Assembly: GCA_012841375.1 (NCBI GenBank)
Contig: DUUV01000121.1
Span: forward strand, 30,186-94,185
DNA from: Candidatus Fermentithermobacillaceae bacterium
Lineage (GTDB): Bacteria; Bacillota; Sulfobacillia; Fermentithermobacillales; Fermentithermobacillaceae
Direction of reading: 5' to 3'
DNA length: 64,000 nt
Made by a program: the position numbers and the translations under genes. The notes below the pieces were generated by a model, which was not told the DNA's origin, ran no database searches, and worked only from the letters and a program-made list of their open reading frames with translations. Of this stretch, positions 35,932 to 46,400 are shown piece by piece. Positions within the stretch are counted from its first letter, which is position 1, and each line of letters starts with the position of its first letter.

Positions 35932-36954
35932 ATGTCCCAATCTCCGCAAGCACACGACACGATCGGCGTGGACCTCATGGGAGGAGATGAAGCGCCGGAC
36001 TCGAACATCGAAGGCTGTCTCATAGCACTCAAAGAGGGATACCCACTCACTGCCTTCGGTACTCAGGAAGCGGTTGACGCCCTTAGGTTACACACAGACA
36101 GCCGGCAGCTAACCACGGTGGTGTGTAGCGAGAGGGTGCTCCCCGACGAACCTCCCCTTCAGGCCATACGCAGGAAGCCCGATTCATCCATAAGGCGCGG
36201 CATCACGGCAGTGAAGGAAGGCGCTACCGGCGCCTTTGTCTCGGCGGGCTCAACAGGAGCCCTGGTCGCCGGAGGCGCACTCATTCTCGGCAGGATCAAG
36301 GGCGTTGACAAGCCCTGCCTGGCCCAGGTGCTCCCCGACCGCTCGGAACGCGGTGTCCTGTTTCTGGACCTGGGAGCGTCAAGTGACGCGCGGCCGGAGA
36401 CTTTGGTTCAGTTCGGGGTCATGGGAAGTGCCTACGCCGAGGGTGTGTTGGGATGGAAAGAGCCCAAGGTGTTCCTTCTGAACAACGGAGTCGAGCCCGG
36501 GAAGGGCAACGCCGTAACTAAGAAGGCTTTCGACCTCCTAAAGCGCGCACCCGTGAATTTCACCGGCAATATCGAGGCGAGAGATGTGTTCTCGGGCCTT
36601 GCGGACGTAGTGGTGGCGGACGGCTTCAGCGGCAACGTTTTTCTAAAGACGTGCGAAGGTACATCGGAGTTCTTGATGTCGGTCCTCAAGCGCGAAATCA
36701 CAAGGGGCTTGACCCGGAAGGCGGCGGCACTTGCCCTCAGGCCTGCCTTTTCCAAGGTGAGGACTCTCCTGGACTATTCGAGCTACGGCGGCGCGCCCCT
36801 ATTGGGCCTCAGGGGCTGCGTAGTGAAGTGCCACGGTTCCTCTGGCGCCGTCGCCGTGGCAAACGGCATAAAGCAAGCCCACCGGTACATTGTGGGAAAA
36901 GTATCTGAAGTGATAGAAGTCACACTATCCGGGCTGAACTTGGAAGGTGAATGA
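35932..36954 (+). CDS. plsX: Phosphate acyltransferase PlsX
   Basis: IGVDLMGGDEAP N-terminus and overall PlsX collinearity. Confidence 0.95.
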   Translation: MSQSPQAHDTIGVDLMGGDEAPDSNIEGCLIALKEGYPLTAFGTQEAVDALRLHTDSRQLTTVVCSERVLPDEPPLQAIRRKPDSSIRRGITAVKEGATGAFVSAGSTGALVAGGALILGRIKGVDKPCLAQVLPDRSERGVLFLDLGASSDARPETLVQFGVMGSAYAEGVLGWKEPKVFLLNNGVEPGKGNAVTKKAFDLLKRAPVNFTGNIEARDVFSGLADVVVADGFSGNVFLKTCEGTSEFLMSVLKREITRGLTRKAAALALRPAFSKVRTLLDYSSYGGAPLLGLRGCVVKCHGSSGAVAVANGIKQAHRYIVGKVSEVIEVTLSGLNLEGE

Positions 36955-37945
36955 GTTGGGATCCACAAGGCCGGTGAAGATCGCTGGGATGGGATATTAC
37001 GTACCTCCACACGTACTCACTAACTTCGACCTGGAAAAGATGATTGACACTTCTGACTCCTGGATCGTGGAGAGGACGGGCATCAGGGAGCGCAGGCTGG
37101 CGAGCAGAGAGGTTTCCACGTCTGACCTGGCCAGAGAGGCTGCCCTGGCGTGCCTCAAAGACGCCGGGGTGTCGCCCGTAGACATCGACCTCATAATCGT
37201 TGCCTCCGCGAGCCCCGACCATTTGTTCCCCGCTACCGCCTGTCTTGTCCAGCACGCTATAGGAGCGCTCAACGCGGCGGCTTTCGACATGGAAATCGGC
37301 TGCACCGGGTTTATATATGCTCTTGCGACGGGTACCCAATACGTGGCTTCAGGCATGTATAAGAACGTACTTGTGGTGGGGGCGGAGTGCCTCTCCCGGT
37401 TGGTGGACTGGACCGACCGTACGACTTGCTGTCTGTTTGGCGACGGCGCCGGAGCGGCCCTCTTGGCGGAAGGTCAACCCGGAGAGGGGATCCTAGGCTT
37501 TCACCTGGGCGTCGACGGGTCGGGCGGCAACCTTCTCTCCCTTCCCGCCGGATGCGCCAGGATGCCGGCCTCCAAGGATACTCTGGAAAAGCGCCTTCAC
37601 CACATCCACATGGAAGGGAAGCCTGTCTTCAAGTTCGCCGTGAAGATCATTGATTCGGCCGTGACGAAGGTGTTGGAGAAGTGCGGAAGGAGTCCGGAAG
37701 ACATCGGAGTGCTCATACCGCATCAAGCAAATCTCCGGATAATCGAGTCGGCGTGCGCCAGGTTCGGGATACCCCGGGAGAGGGTTATGGTGAACATCGA
37801 CAAGTACGGCAACACTTCGTCGGCTTCGGTACCCATCGCCATGTGTGAGGCCTTGGCGGAAGGCCGCATCAGGAAAGGTGATCTGGTCGTCCTGGTAGCG
37901 TTCGGTGCCGGCCTATCTTACGGTTCGGCCGCAATTACCTGGTGA
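36947..37945 (+). CDS. fabH: 3-oxoacyl-ACP synthase III
   Basis: GTG start; catalytic Cys (GCTGFIYAL), His/Asn (HQANLRI, GNTSSASVP) motifs. Confidence 0.9.
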   Translation: MNELGSTRPVKIAGMGYYVPPHVLTNFDLEKMIDTSDSWIVERTGIRERRLASREVSTSDLAREAALACLKDAGVSPVDIDLIIVASASPDHLFPATACLVQHAIGALNAAAFDMEIGCTGFIYALATGTQYVASGMYKNVLVVGAECLSRLVDWTDRTTCCLFGDGAGAALLAEGQPGEGILGFHLGVDGSGGNLLSLPAGCARMPASKDTLEKRLHHIHMEGKPVFKFAVKIIDSAVTKVLEKCGRSPEDIGVLIPHQANLRIIESACARFGIPRERVMVNIDKYGNTSSASVPIAMCEALAEGRIRKGDLVVLVAFGAGLSYGSAAITW

Positions 37946-37961
37946 CAAGGGGGAAACATTT

Positions 37962-38810
37962 GTGCCTAAGGTCAAGATTCTGACTGATAGCGCTCAGGAT
38001 TTCCAGCCGGAATTCCTTGAGTCTAAGGGTATCTCGGTGGTCCCGCTAACCGTGTTTTTCGGTGAAGAAGCTTTTCTCGACGGTTACGAGATAGGCGGAA
38101 AGGCTTTCTACGACAAGCTCAGGACTTCGCCTCATCACCCCCACACGTCGCAGCCGTCGCCTGAGGCCTTCAGAGCCAGGTTCGATGAGCTCACGTCCGA
38201 CGGTTCACACGTAATCGCCATCCTGCTCTCCCAGGTGCTGAGCGGGACATACCAGTCTGCCGTCTTGGCAAAGGACATGCTCCCCGACCGGGCCATAACC
38301 GTGGTCAACTCCAGACTGGCCTCATGCGCCTACGGCGCCTTGGCCATCATGGCAGCGGAGATGGCGACAGAAGGCGCTTCGGCAGGGGAGATAACGGGAT
38401 TCGTAGAGTCGATGGCATCCAAATGCGTGACCGTGTTTTCAGTTGACACCCTCGACTACCTCGCCAAGAACGGACGGATAGGCAAGGCCCAGCACTTCCT
38501 GGGAGGGCTCCTGAACATGAAGCCCCTCCTCAGTCTGGACAAGGACGGCTACGTGACGGCCATTGAGCGCGTGAGGGGCAAGGGCAAAGTCCTGCCGAGG
38601 GTCATGGAGATTGTGGGGGAACGGGTGCCGTCGAGAAAGGCGTCGGTCGTGACCATTTCCCACTCGGACGCGCCGGAAGAAGCCCTCAAGATGAAAGAGA
38701 GCGTCCTTTCCCTGGTGGAAACCGACCGGGTTTATGAGTCTCAGATAGGCAGCGTCATCGGGACACACGTGGGCCCCGGCTGCATCTGCGTTCAAGTTTT
38801 TCCTGAGTAA
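37962..38810 (+). CDS. degV: DegV-family fatty-acid-binding protein (FakB-type), embedded in fab operon
   Basis: VKILTDSAQDF...GISVVPLTV N-terminus typical of DegV; GTG 37962 with AAGGGGGAAA RBS; the 19-aa extension in ORF track rejected. Confidence 0.8.
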   Translation: MPKVKILTDSAQDFQPEFLESKGISVVPLTVFFGEEAFLDGYEIGGKAFYDKLRTSPHHPHTSQPSPEAFRARFDELTSDGSHVIAILLSQVLSGTYQSAVLAKDMLPDRAITVVNSRLASCAYGALAIMAAEMATEGASAGEITGFVESMASKCVTVFSVDTLDYLAKNGRIGKAQHFLGGLLNMKPLLSLDKDGYVTAIERVRGKGKVLPRVMEIVGERVPSRKASVVTISHSDAPEEALKMKESVLSLVETDRVYESQIGSVIGTHVGPGCICVQVFPE

Positions 38811-38830
38811 CGGGTTTCGGAGGGTTACGC

Positions 38831-39775
38831 GTGTCCAAGACGGCATGGGTTTTTCCGGGCCAGGGTGCCCAGACTGTTGGCATGGGGAAGGAGATCTATG
38901 AAGCCTATCCCGCGGCGAGAAGAGTACTCGACATCGCCGATGCCGCAGTGGGCTTTCCGCTCTCACAAATTGCCTTTGAGGGGCCAGAGGAAAAGCTGAC
39001 GATGACAGAGAACGCCCAACCTGCTCTCCTGGCAGTGGGCGTAGCTTGCGCCACTGTACTCAAGGACCACGGCTTGGAGCCTGACATGGCGGCAGGACTG
39101 AGCCTGGGGGAGTACACGGCTTTGGTTATCGCAGGCTCCCTGAAGTTTGAGGATGCCGTTGTGCTCACACGAAACCGGGGCATTTACATGCAGGAGGCAT
39201 GTCCCAGAGGCGAAGGAGCCATGGCTGCGATCCTGGGCTTGACCAACGAGGATGTTGAGGAAGTGTGCAGGCAGGCAGGGTCGCCGGAAGAAGTGTCCGG
39301 CGCCAACTACAACTGCCCGGGACAAGTCGTGATTTCAGGCCGTAAGGCTTCCGTGGAAACGGCTTCGCGGCTGGCAAGGGAACGAGGGGCGAAGGTTATC
39401 CAGTTGAACGTAAGCGCGCCGTTCCACTCTCCCATAATGCGAAGCGCAGCGGAAAGGCTCAGGCGAGACCTGGAAAAGGTTGAGGTCAGGGCGCCCGCTA
39501 TACCCGTGTACTCCAACGTAAGCGGTAATGTGCTCCGGAGCGCTTCCGAGGTGGTAGACGCCCTGGTCGCTCAGGTGACCATGCCTGTACTGTGGCAGAA
39601 GGACATCGAGAGAATGGCCCGAGACGGAGCCCGCTTTTTCGTTGAGATTGGGGCGGGGAAGACGCTTGCGGGGTTTGGGAAGAGGACTCACCCGGATATC
39701 CCTTATGTCCGGTTTGAGGCCCCTTCAGATCTGAGCGGCGTCATTGCGCACTCAAAGGAGGCACTGCTAAGATGA
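38831..39775 (+). CDS. fabD: Malonyl CoA-ACP transacylase
   Basis: WVFPGQGAQ, GLSLGEYTAL (active-site Ser) motifs. Confidence 0.95.
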   Translation: MSKTAWVFPGQGAQTVGMGKEIYEAYPAARRVLDIADAAVGFPLSQIAFEGPEEKLTMTENAQPALLAVGVACATVLKDHGLEPDMAAGLSLGEYTALVIAGSLKFEDAVVLTRNRGIYMQEACPRGEGAMAAILGLTNEDVEEVCRQAGSPEEVSGANYNCPGQVVISGRKASVETASRLARERGAKVIQLNVSAPFHSPIMRSAAERLRRDLEKVEVRAPAIPVYSNVSGNVLRSASEVVDALVAQVTMPVLWQKDIERMARDGARFFVEIGAGKTLAGFGKRTHPDIPYVRFEAPSDLSGVIAHSKEALLR

Positions 39776-40527
39776 TGCAGAGCTGCGGGGTCGCCCTGGT
39801 GACGGGAGCGTCAAGGGGTATAGGCAGGGCCATCGCTTATGAGTTGGGGAAGAAGGGTTTCGGAGTAGCCGTGAATTTTGCCTCCGATGAACAGGGGGCG
39901 GCGGAAACCGTGGCGCGTCTCACGGCCGAAGGCTATAGGGCAGAGCCGTTTCGGGCGGACGTGTCGTCTCATGACGATGCGCGCGGGCTCGTCGAAGCCG
40001 TGGAGAAGACCATGGGGCCGCTGGAAGCCCTTGTGCTCAATGCAGGCATCACCCGGGACGGACTCTTGGCGCGCATGTCCGAGGAGGACTGGGACCGGGT
40101 GATGGATGTCAACCTCAAGGGGGTGTATAACGTCCTGAAATGGGGCTCGCGGTCGATGATGCGGAGGAAGTCCGGGAAGATAGTCGCGGTGTCCTCCGTG
40201 GTCGCGCTGACGGGCAATGTTGGCCAGGCGAACTACTGCGCCTCCAAAGCAGGCGTCATTGGTCTCATACGCGCTTCCGCACGCGAACTCTCAAGGTACG
40301 GTATAACAGCCAACGTCGTAGCCCCGGGATACATCGACACCGATATGACAAAGGCCCTACCGGAAGCCGGCAGGGAGCGGCTCATGGCCGCGATCCCCCT
40401 TAAACGGGCCGGAGTGCCAGAGGATGTGGCCAAGGCGGTCGCCTTCTTGGTGTCGCCGGACGCGTCGTACATAACGGGCGAGGTCCTCAAGGTGGACGGC
40501 GGTATGTCCATTGGGGCTCAAACATAG
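39772..40527 (+). CDS. fabG: 3-oxoacyl-ACP reductase
   Basis: [12 protein letters not shown] Rossmann motif, YCASKAG catalytic YxxxK, SDR length. Confidence 0.95.
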   Translation: MMQSCGVALVTGASRGIGRAIAYELGKKGFGVAVNFASDEQGAAETVARLTAEGYRAEPFRADVSSHDDARGLVEAVEKTMGPLEALVLNAGITRDGLLARMSEEDWDRVMDVNLKGVYNVLKWGSRSMMRRKSGKIVAVSSVVALTGNVGQANYCASKAGVIGLIRASARELSRYGITANVVAPGYIDTDMTKALPEAGRERLMAAIPLKRAGVPEDVAKAVAFLVSPDASYITGEVLKVDGGMSIGAQT

Positions 40528-40552
40528 TGCTAGTGAAAGGGAGGTGACTCGT

Positions 40553-40798
40553 GTGGCTTCCGACCCGATTTTCGAGCGGGTGAAGAAAATCATCATCGAT
40601 CAGCTCAGTGTTGAGGAGTCTCTGGTGACCGTTGAGGCGTCTTTCATCGACGACCTTGGCGCAGACTCTCTTGAGATAGTCGACCTCATCATGGCTTTTG
40701 AAGGTGAGTTCGGCATCACCATACCTGACGAGGACGCGGAAAACCTGTCCACCGTCGGGGACGCGGTGGAGTACCTCCGCAAGAACGCGAAAGAGTAG
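40553..40798 (+). CDS. acpP: Acyl carrier protein
   Basis: [22 protein letters not shown] phosphopantetheine-attachment motif; GTG start with GGGAGGTG RBS; the 14-aa extension in ORF track rejected. Confidence 0.9.
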   Translation: MASDPIFERVKKIIIDQLSVEESLVTVEASFIDDLGADSLEIVDLIMAFEGEFGITIPDEDAENLSTVGDAVEYLRKNAKE

Positions 40799-40807
40799 CC
40801 TAGACCC

Positions 40808-40837
40808 ACGGTCCCGCGGGAGCCACCGCGGGACCGT
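40808..40837 (+). terminator. Strong GC hairpin between acpP and fabF (12-bp perfect stem ACGGTCCCGCGG/CCGCGGGACCGT, loop GAGCCA)
   Basis: Likely a partial terminator / mRNA processing-stability element of the kind often found after acpP; weak U-tract. Confidence 0.45.
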
Positions 40838-40862
40838 AGACATTTGAGGAGGAAGTGGCCGT

Positions 40863-42098
40863 TTGACTATGAGGCGCGTAGTAGTCACAGGCATGGGCGT
40901 AATATCCCCTATCGGGATAGGCGTTCAGGATTTCTTGTTGAACCTTAGGAAAGGTAAATCGGGAATACGGAAGATAACACGGTTTCCGGTTCATGAATAT
41001 CCGTGTCGGATAGCGGCCGAGGTGGACTTTGAACCTACAGAGTACCTAGACAGGCGCGAAGCGAGGAAGATGGACCGCTTCTCCCAGTTCGCCGTTGTCG
41101 CGGCAAGGATGGCTATAGAAGACGCCGGGTTGCAGGGCGCCATCCCCGAGAGCTCGGGGGTGGTCATGGGTACGGGGATCGGTGGCATGGAGACCTTCGA
41201 GCGTGAGAGCCGGGTTCTGTCTGAGAGGGGTCCGGGCAGGGTCTCGCCGTTCTTCATCCCGATGATGATAGCCAATATGGCAGCCGGCCAGGTCTCTATC
41301 GACCTGGGGCTGAAAGGGCCCATCAACACCGTGGTGACGGCGTGCGCTTCGGGCACCAACGCCATCGGAGAGGCGTTCTGGATTGTGAAGAGAGGCGGAG
41401 CCGACGTCATGGTCACCGGCGGTACTGAAGCTCCGATTACTCCCACCTCGCTGGCCGGGTTTTGCGCCCTTAAGGCCCTGTCCACGCGAAATGACCGTGT
41501 GGGAAGGGCGAGCAGTCCGTTTGACAAGTTCAGAGACGGGTTCGTCATGGGAGAAGGGGCGGCAATTCTAGTGCTTGAGAACCTGGAGACCGCTCTGGCG
41601 AGAGGAGCCCGGATCTACGCCGAGATAGTGGGTTACGGCATGAGCTCTGACGCGTACCACATAACGGCGCCGAGCCCCGGCGGAGAAGGCGCCGCCAGAG
41701 CAATGCGGGCCGCCCTGGAATCGGCGGACATATCTCCGGAGCAAGTAGACTACGTGAACGCTCACGGCACGTCAACCCCTGCCAACGACGTACACGAGAC
41801 TCAAGCCATCAAAGCGGTACTGGGAGAGAGAGCACGGGAAGTGCCCGTGTCGTCGGTCAAGTCCATGCTCGGGCATCTCCTGGGCGCGGCCGGCGCCATT
41901 GAGACTCTGGCTACCGCACTGGCGCTCAAGAACCGGTTCATCCCGCCGACCATCAACTACGAGACTCCCGACCCCGACTGCGACCTGGATTACGTGCCCA
42001 ATGAAGCCAGGGAGGCAGAGATCGATGTGGCCCTGAAGAACTCCTTCGGGTTCGGCGGGCAGAACGCATGTCTGGTCCTCAAGAGGTATAACCGATGA
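40863..42098 (+). CDS. fabF: 3-oxoacyl-ACP synthase II
   Basis: [13 protein letters not shown], catalytic Cys ([10 protein letters not shown]), His-His ([14 protein letters not shown]) motifs. Confidence 0.95.
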   Translation: MTMRRVVVTGMGVISPIGIGVQDFLLNLRKGKSGIRKITRFPVHEYPCRIAAEVDFEPTEYLDRREARKMDRFSQFAVVAARMAIEDAGLQGAIPESSGVVMGTGIGGMETFERESRVLSERGPGRVSPFFIPMMIANMAAGQVSIDLGLKGPINTVVTACASGTNAIGEAFWIVKRGGADVMVTGGTEAPITPTSLAGFCALKALSTRNDRVGRASSPFDKFRDGFVMGEGAAILVLENLETALARGARIYAEIVGYGMSSDAYHITAPSPGGEGAARAMRAALESADISPEQVDYVNAHGTSTPANDVHETQAIKAVLGERAREVPVSSVKSMLGHLLGAAGAIETLATALALKNRFIPPTINYETPDPDCDLDYVPNEAREAEIDVALKNSFGFGGQNACLVLKRYNR

Positions 42099-42757
42099 AG
42101 GCGATCCTGGAAAGGGCGCTCCTCTCTCTTTCACCGGCCTGTAGGGAAGAAGCCCTGACACACGTTTCCTATGCCAACGAGAAAGGTTCTCCGATCAACA
42201 ACGAGCGCCTGGAGTTCCTGGGAGACGCAGTCTTGTACTTGGCCGTCGGGTCCATCCTCTACGGGCGGTACCCCTCGTCTTCGGAAGGTGATCTCACAAG
42301 GATGAGGGCTTCTCTGGTATCGGGAGCCAACTTGGCGAGGATTGCCCTTGAGGGAGGGCTGGGAGACCTTATCCGTCTGGGAAAAGGCGAACAGGCCTCT
42401 GGAGGGCACAGCCGTCCGAGGGTTCTGGGCAGCGCGTTGGAGGCCCTCATCGGCGGGGTGTTTGTTGAACACGGATGGCGAAGGGCGCTTTCCTTGGTCA
42501 AGGAGATCTACGCCGGGACGACCTTCGATTCGGTCCCGGTTGATCCGAAAACCAGAGTCCAGGAGTTGGTCCAGAGGACTCCCGGGGGCACGCTGGACTA
42601 CCGTGTCGTCAAAGTGGAGGGGCCCGACCACCGCCGTCTATTCACTGTTGCCTGCGTCGTGAACGGCGAGGAGGTCTCGACCGGTGAGGGTAGCTCAAAG
42701 AAGGAAGCGGAAGAACGGGCGGCCGCGGCTTACCTGCGGGTTGTCAGGGAGACTTGA
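42095..42757 (+). CDS. rnc: Ribonuclease III
   Basis: [11 protein letters not shown] RNase III signature plus C-terminal dsRBD. Confidence 0.9.
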   Translation: MKAILERALLSLSPACREEALTHVSYANEKGSPINNERLEFLGDAVLYLAVGSILYGRYPSSSEGDLTRMRASLVSGANLARIALEGGLGDLIRLGKGEQASGGHSRPRVLGSALEALIGGVFVEHGWRRALSLVKEIYAGTTFDSVPVDPKTRVQELVQRTPGGTLDYRVVKVEGPDHRRLFTVACVVNGEEVSTGEGSSKKEAEERAAAAYLRVVRET

Positions 42758-43310
42758 CGATGAGCACCACTTTCCCGTCTATTGTGTCGGGCAAGAGCAA
42801 GATGCCGGGCCTCAAGGCGTCGACGAAGACGTCCGGATCGCCGGCTTTTCCATACCTGCGTACCAGATGCTTCGACCCCTTGACGCTTACCCAGATGAGG
42901 TCGCCCTGGAAACAGGGGGCCTGGGGGTCCACAACCAGCACGTCGCCTCTGGATACCAATGGCGGGAACTCGGACTTGGTGAGCACCACGCCGTAGCTGT
43001 GGGGTCCGGCCTGCTTGCGGATGTACTCCCAGAGGCCGGTGGGCAGCTCCCGGGCATTACCCTCCGAATACAGAGGGAAGGAGGACTCGCCTGAGTCCTT
43101 CACGTAGGTCCCCGTTGTCTCGGGGGCAGGCTGAGGGGAAGTACGTCGCAGCACGGCAAGCCTGAAGTCCTTGAGCCCGCGGAAGCCCGCTTTCGCCAGC
43201 CAGTAGTACACCGATTTCTCCTCAGCGTATCCGAGCTCGGCGGCGATGTCCTTGGCTGTGGCGTTGGGGTTCTGCATCACAATATGTACCATGTCGTCTA
43301 TAATGGACAA
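42744..43310 (-). CDS. HTH domain + peptidase S24 (LexA/CI-like) domain protein
   Basis: N-terminal HTH (AKDIAAELGYAEEKSVYYWL), C-terminal region (VLTKSEF..GDVLVVD...GDLIWVSVKGSKHLVRRYG) resembling the LexA S24 autopeptidase fold; convergent 14-nt overlap with rnc. Confidence 0.5.
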   Translation of the reverse strand: MSIIDDMVHIVMQNPNATAKDIAAELGYAEEKSVYYWLAKAGFRGLKDFRLAVLRRTSPQPAPETTGTYVKDSGESSFPLYSEGNARELPTGLWEYIRKQAGPHSYGVVLTKSEFPPLVSRGDVLVVDPQAPCFQGDLIWVSVKGSKHLVRRYGKAGDPDVFVDALRPGILLLPDTIDGKVVLIVKSP

Positions 43311-43432
43311 ACAGTGTTCACTCCTAGGGAATCTCAGAACGCGGGTAGAAACTTATACCTATTGTGGAAGATCCCTTTACAGGGACCGTATAAACTTGCA
43401 TACATGACTTATGTACAGGAGGCACCCGGCCG

Positions 43433-46400
43433 TTGCTGAAAAAGCTGACTCTACACGGCTTTAAATCTTTTTGCGACAGGACAGAGATAACTCTTGGCTC
43501 GGGGGCAACCGCTATCGTGGGGCCCAACGGCTGCGGGAAGTCCAATCTCGCAGACGCCTTGAGATGGGTGCTGGGCGAGCAGAACGCCCGTGTACTCAGG
43601 TCTTCGAAGCAGCAGGATTTCATCTTTTCCGGCACCGAGACCCGGAAAGCCATGGGCTCTTGCGAGGTAAGGCTCTTGTTCGACGGAGTCACGGAAGATG
43701 CCGAGACCGAAATCGTCCGCCGGCTCAGCCGGGACGGGACAAGCGAATACCGTCTGAACGGCAAGGTATGTCGTTGGAAGGACATTGTCGAGAGTCTGGC
43801 GGGCACCGGGCTTTCCCATACGGGTTACGTGGTCATCGGGCAGGGTACCATTCAAGAACTTGCATCGGGACGTCCGGAAGACAGGCGTCTTTGGATCGAG
43901 GAAGCATCGGGCGTAGCTCGCGTCAGGCTGGACAAGAGGGACATGGAGTCGCGTCTTGGACACGCCGCGGCCGAGCTCAAGCGGCTCGATGACCTTACGG
44001 TGGAACTGGTCTCCAGGAAAGAGCGGTTGGAGGCCGACCGTGACTCAGCGAGGAAGTACCGTGAGCTGGTCTCTAAGAAACGCGACGTGGAACTGGCTAT
44101 GTGGCTCACTCAGGCAGAAGAGGAACACCGACGGATCGGCAACCTCATGAGGAGGCTTGAGAAGCACCGGGCCGAACGCGACAGTATGGAGTTGGCTGCG
44201 CCGCGCCTGAAGGAACGCGAGGCATCGCTCCTGGAGAAGAGAACGCCTCTCGATGAAGCCATCTCCGAGTCTGCCCGCTTGAGGGAAGAGACTGCGGCGG
44301 CTCTCCTCGCGTTGGAGAAAGAACGTGACGCGGCCAGGGGGCAGTCCACGGCGCTTATCCGAGAGATTGAGAACCGGTCTGCTAGAAGAGAAGCGCTCAA
44401 GAAGGATTTGGAGAAGCTGGCCGGAGAGGAAACCTTTCTCTCTTCACGGAGGGAATCGCTGGCGTCACGGCTCCAAGAGGCGGCGGACTTGCTTCAGGGA
44501 GCCGAGTCGGAGCGAGCCAAGCACGAAGACTTGCGCAGGGAGTGCAGCGAGAAGGCCATTGCTCTCCGGACGGAGGTAGTCGAGCTTACAGGGGAGTTGG
44601 CCAGACTCCAGCGGTCCAGAGACGACCTCCGGAAAAGACTGGACGAATACCGGCGCCAGAGCAGGGAGCTTGCTTCCTGGCTCGTGGCCTCTAAGGCCAA
44701 GGTAGAGTCGGAGAGCGCCCTGGCGGGCGACATGTCCAGGCGACTTCAGGAGGAGTTGGCCAGGCGCTCGGAGCTTCAGGAAAAGATCACGGCCCTCGAG
44801 TCCCGGATTTCCGCGGCCAGGGCAGCGCTTGAGAAGGAGCTCGCCGCCGAGAAGAACCTTGGGGCGCGTCTCTCGGCCCAGAGAGCCAGGAAGAAGCTAT
44901 TGGAGGACCTGGAGAAGGCCTTTGAGGGGTACGGCAAGGGGCCCCGTTCGGTGCTTGAGGCAGGGTCTCAGGGCAGGCTCAGAGGCGTCGTGGGCTCGGT
45001 CAGCCAGCTCATATCATGCGAGGCCAAATACATACCGGCGCTGTCCGCCGCCATCGGAGGGGCGGCGGAACACATAGTTGTCGAGGACGAGGAAGCCGCC
45101 AAGGCTGCCATCGCGATGCTCAGGAACATAAAGGGTGGAAGAGCCACCTTCCTTCCCATAAACCTCCTGCGTCCTCGCGACATGCACCCTCGAGCCCGTG
45201 AGACCATGTCCCGGATGAAAGGAGTGCAGCCGCTTCTATCGGTAGTGTCCTGTCCCGAGAAACTTCAGGCGTGCGCCAGATACCTTTGCGGGCGCATAGC
45301 GCTGGCAGAGGATATGGATACGGCCCTACGCTTCATGAAGGCGTCGGGATGGGTTACCCGAGTTGTCACCTTGTCGGGAGAAAGCATTGAGCCGGGAGGG
45401 GCCATGACGGGCGGCGAAGCTCCCCGGAGCGAGGCGTTGTTCAGGAGAAAGCAGGACCTCCTTGAGCTGGCGGCGGGCGAGAAGAAGATGGCCGAAGAGC
45501 TGGACCGTGTGTTGGCCAATCGGAAGGCCGCAGAGAAGGAAGTTCAGGACCTCACGCGGGAGCGCGAACAAAGCCTCTCCGCCCTGGGACGGGTGGCTAC
45601 CCAAGTTTCCAGGCTGGAAGAACAGCTCGCAGGGGTCGAGGCCTCCCTCTCATCACTCCGGTCCGAGATCGAAAGGCGTGAACCGGAAACGGCTTCCCTC
45701 AAGAGAGAGGAAGAAGGAGTCCTTTCCGAGCTGCGCTCGGCAGGCGACCGCCTGAACGACTTATCTCAGGCCATGACGGCAAAGCAACGGGAACTGGAAA
45801 AACTGGACGCCGAGATAAGACTGGCGTCAGAGTCCGACCGGAAGTCATCGGATGAGATAAAAAGGCTGTCGGCCGAAAAAGAGGTCTTGGAGCGGGAACT
45901 CTCATCGGTCCTGAGAAGGCTCGACGGCATTGTAGGGGAGAAATCGTCCCACGAGAAGGCCCTCATGGACGAGGAGAGCGAGATCCAGAGACAGTCCCGA
46001 AACCTTGAGGAGCTAGGGAACCTCACCGAGTCACTTGGGGCGCGCATATCGGGGCTGGAGGAAGAGTCCAGGCGCCTTACGAGGCTCTTTGAGGAGAAGT
46101 CGTCCGAGAGAGAGGCGCTTCTATCGGCTATATCCGAGTGTCAAGCGGAGATGGCCCGCGTGGAGCGTGACTCGGCAACCCTGGCCTCCAGGATCGAAGA
46201 GACGACGGCCGAGCTTGAGGTTCAACGGCAGGCCCATGAGGACACGAAAGACCTGATAGCCTCTGAGTTCGGAGTGAACGATCTCTCTACGGTGCCCTTT
46301 GAGAGGCTGGCCAGGGCAGAGGGTCTGGCGAAGATCGAAGAACTGGACGGATCCCTGAGGGAGCTGGGCAGCGTCAACTTAAAAGCCGAGGAAGAGTTCA

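Noticed and set aside
43311-43432. Sigma-70 promoter upstream of smc
   Set aside because: Several TTG.../TATAAA-like hexamers are present but none with acceptable 16-18-nt spacing, so no promoter was called.
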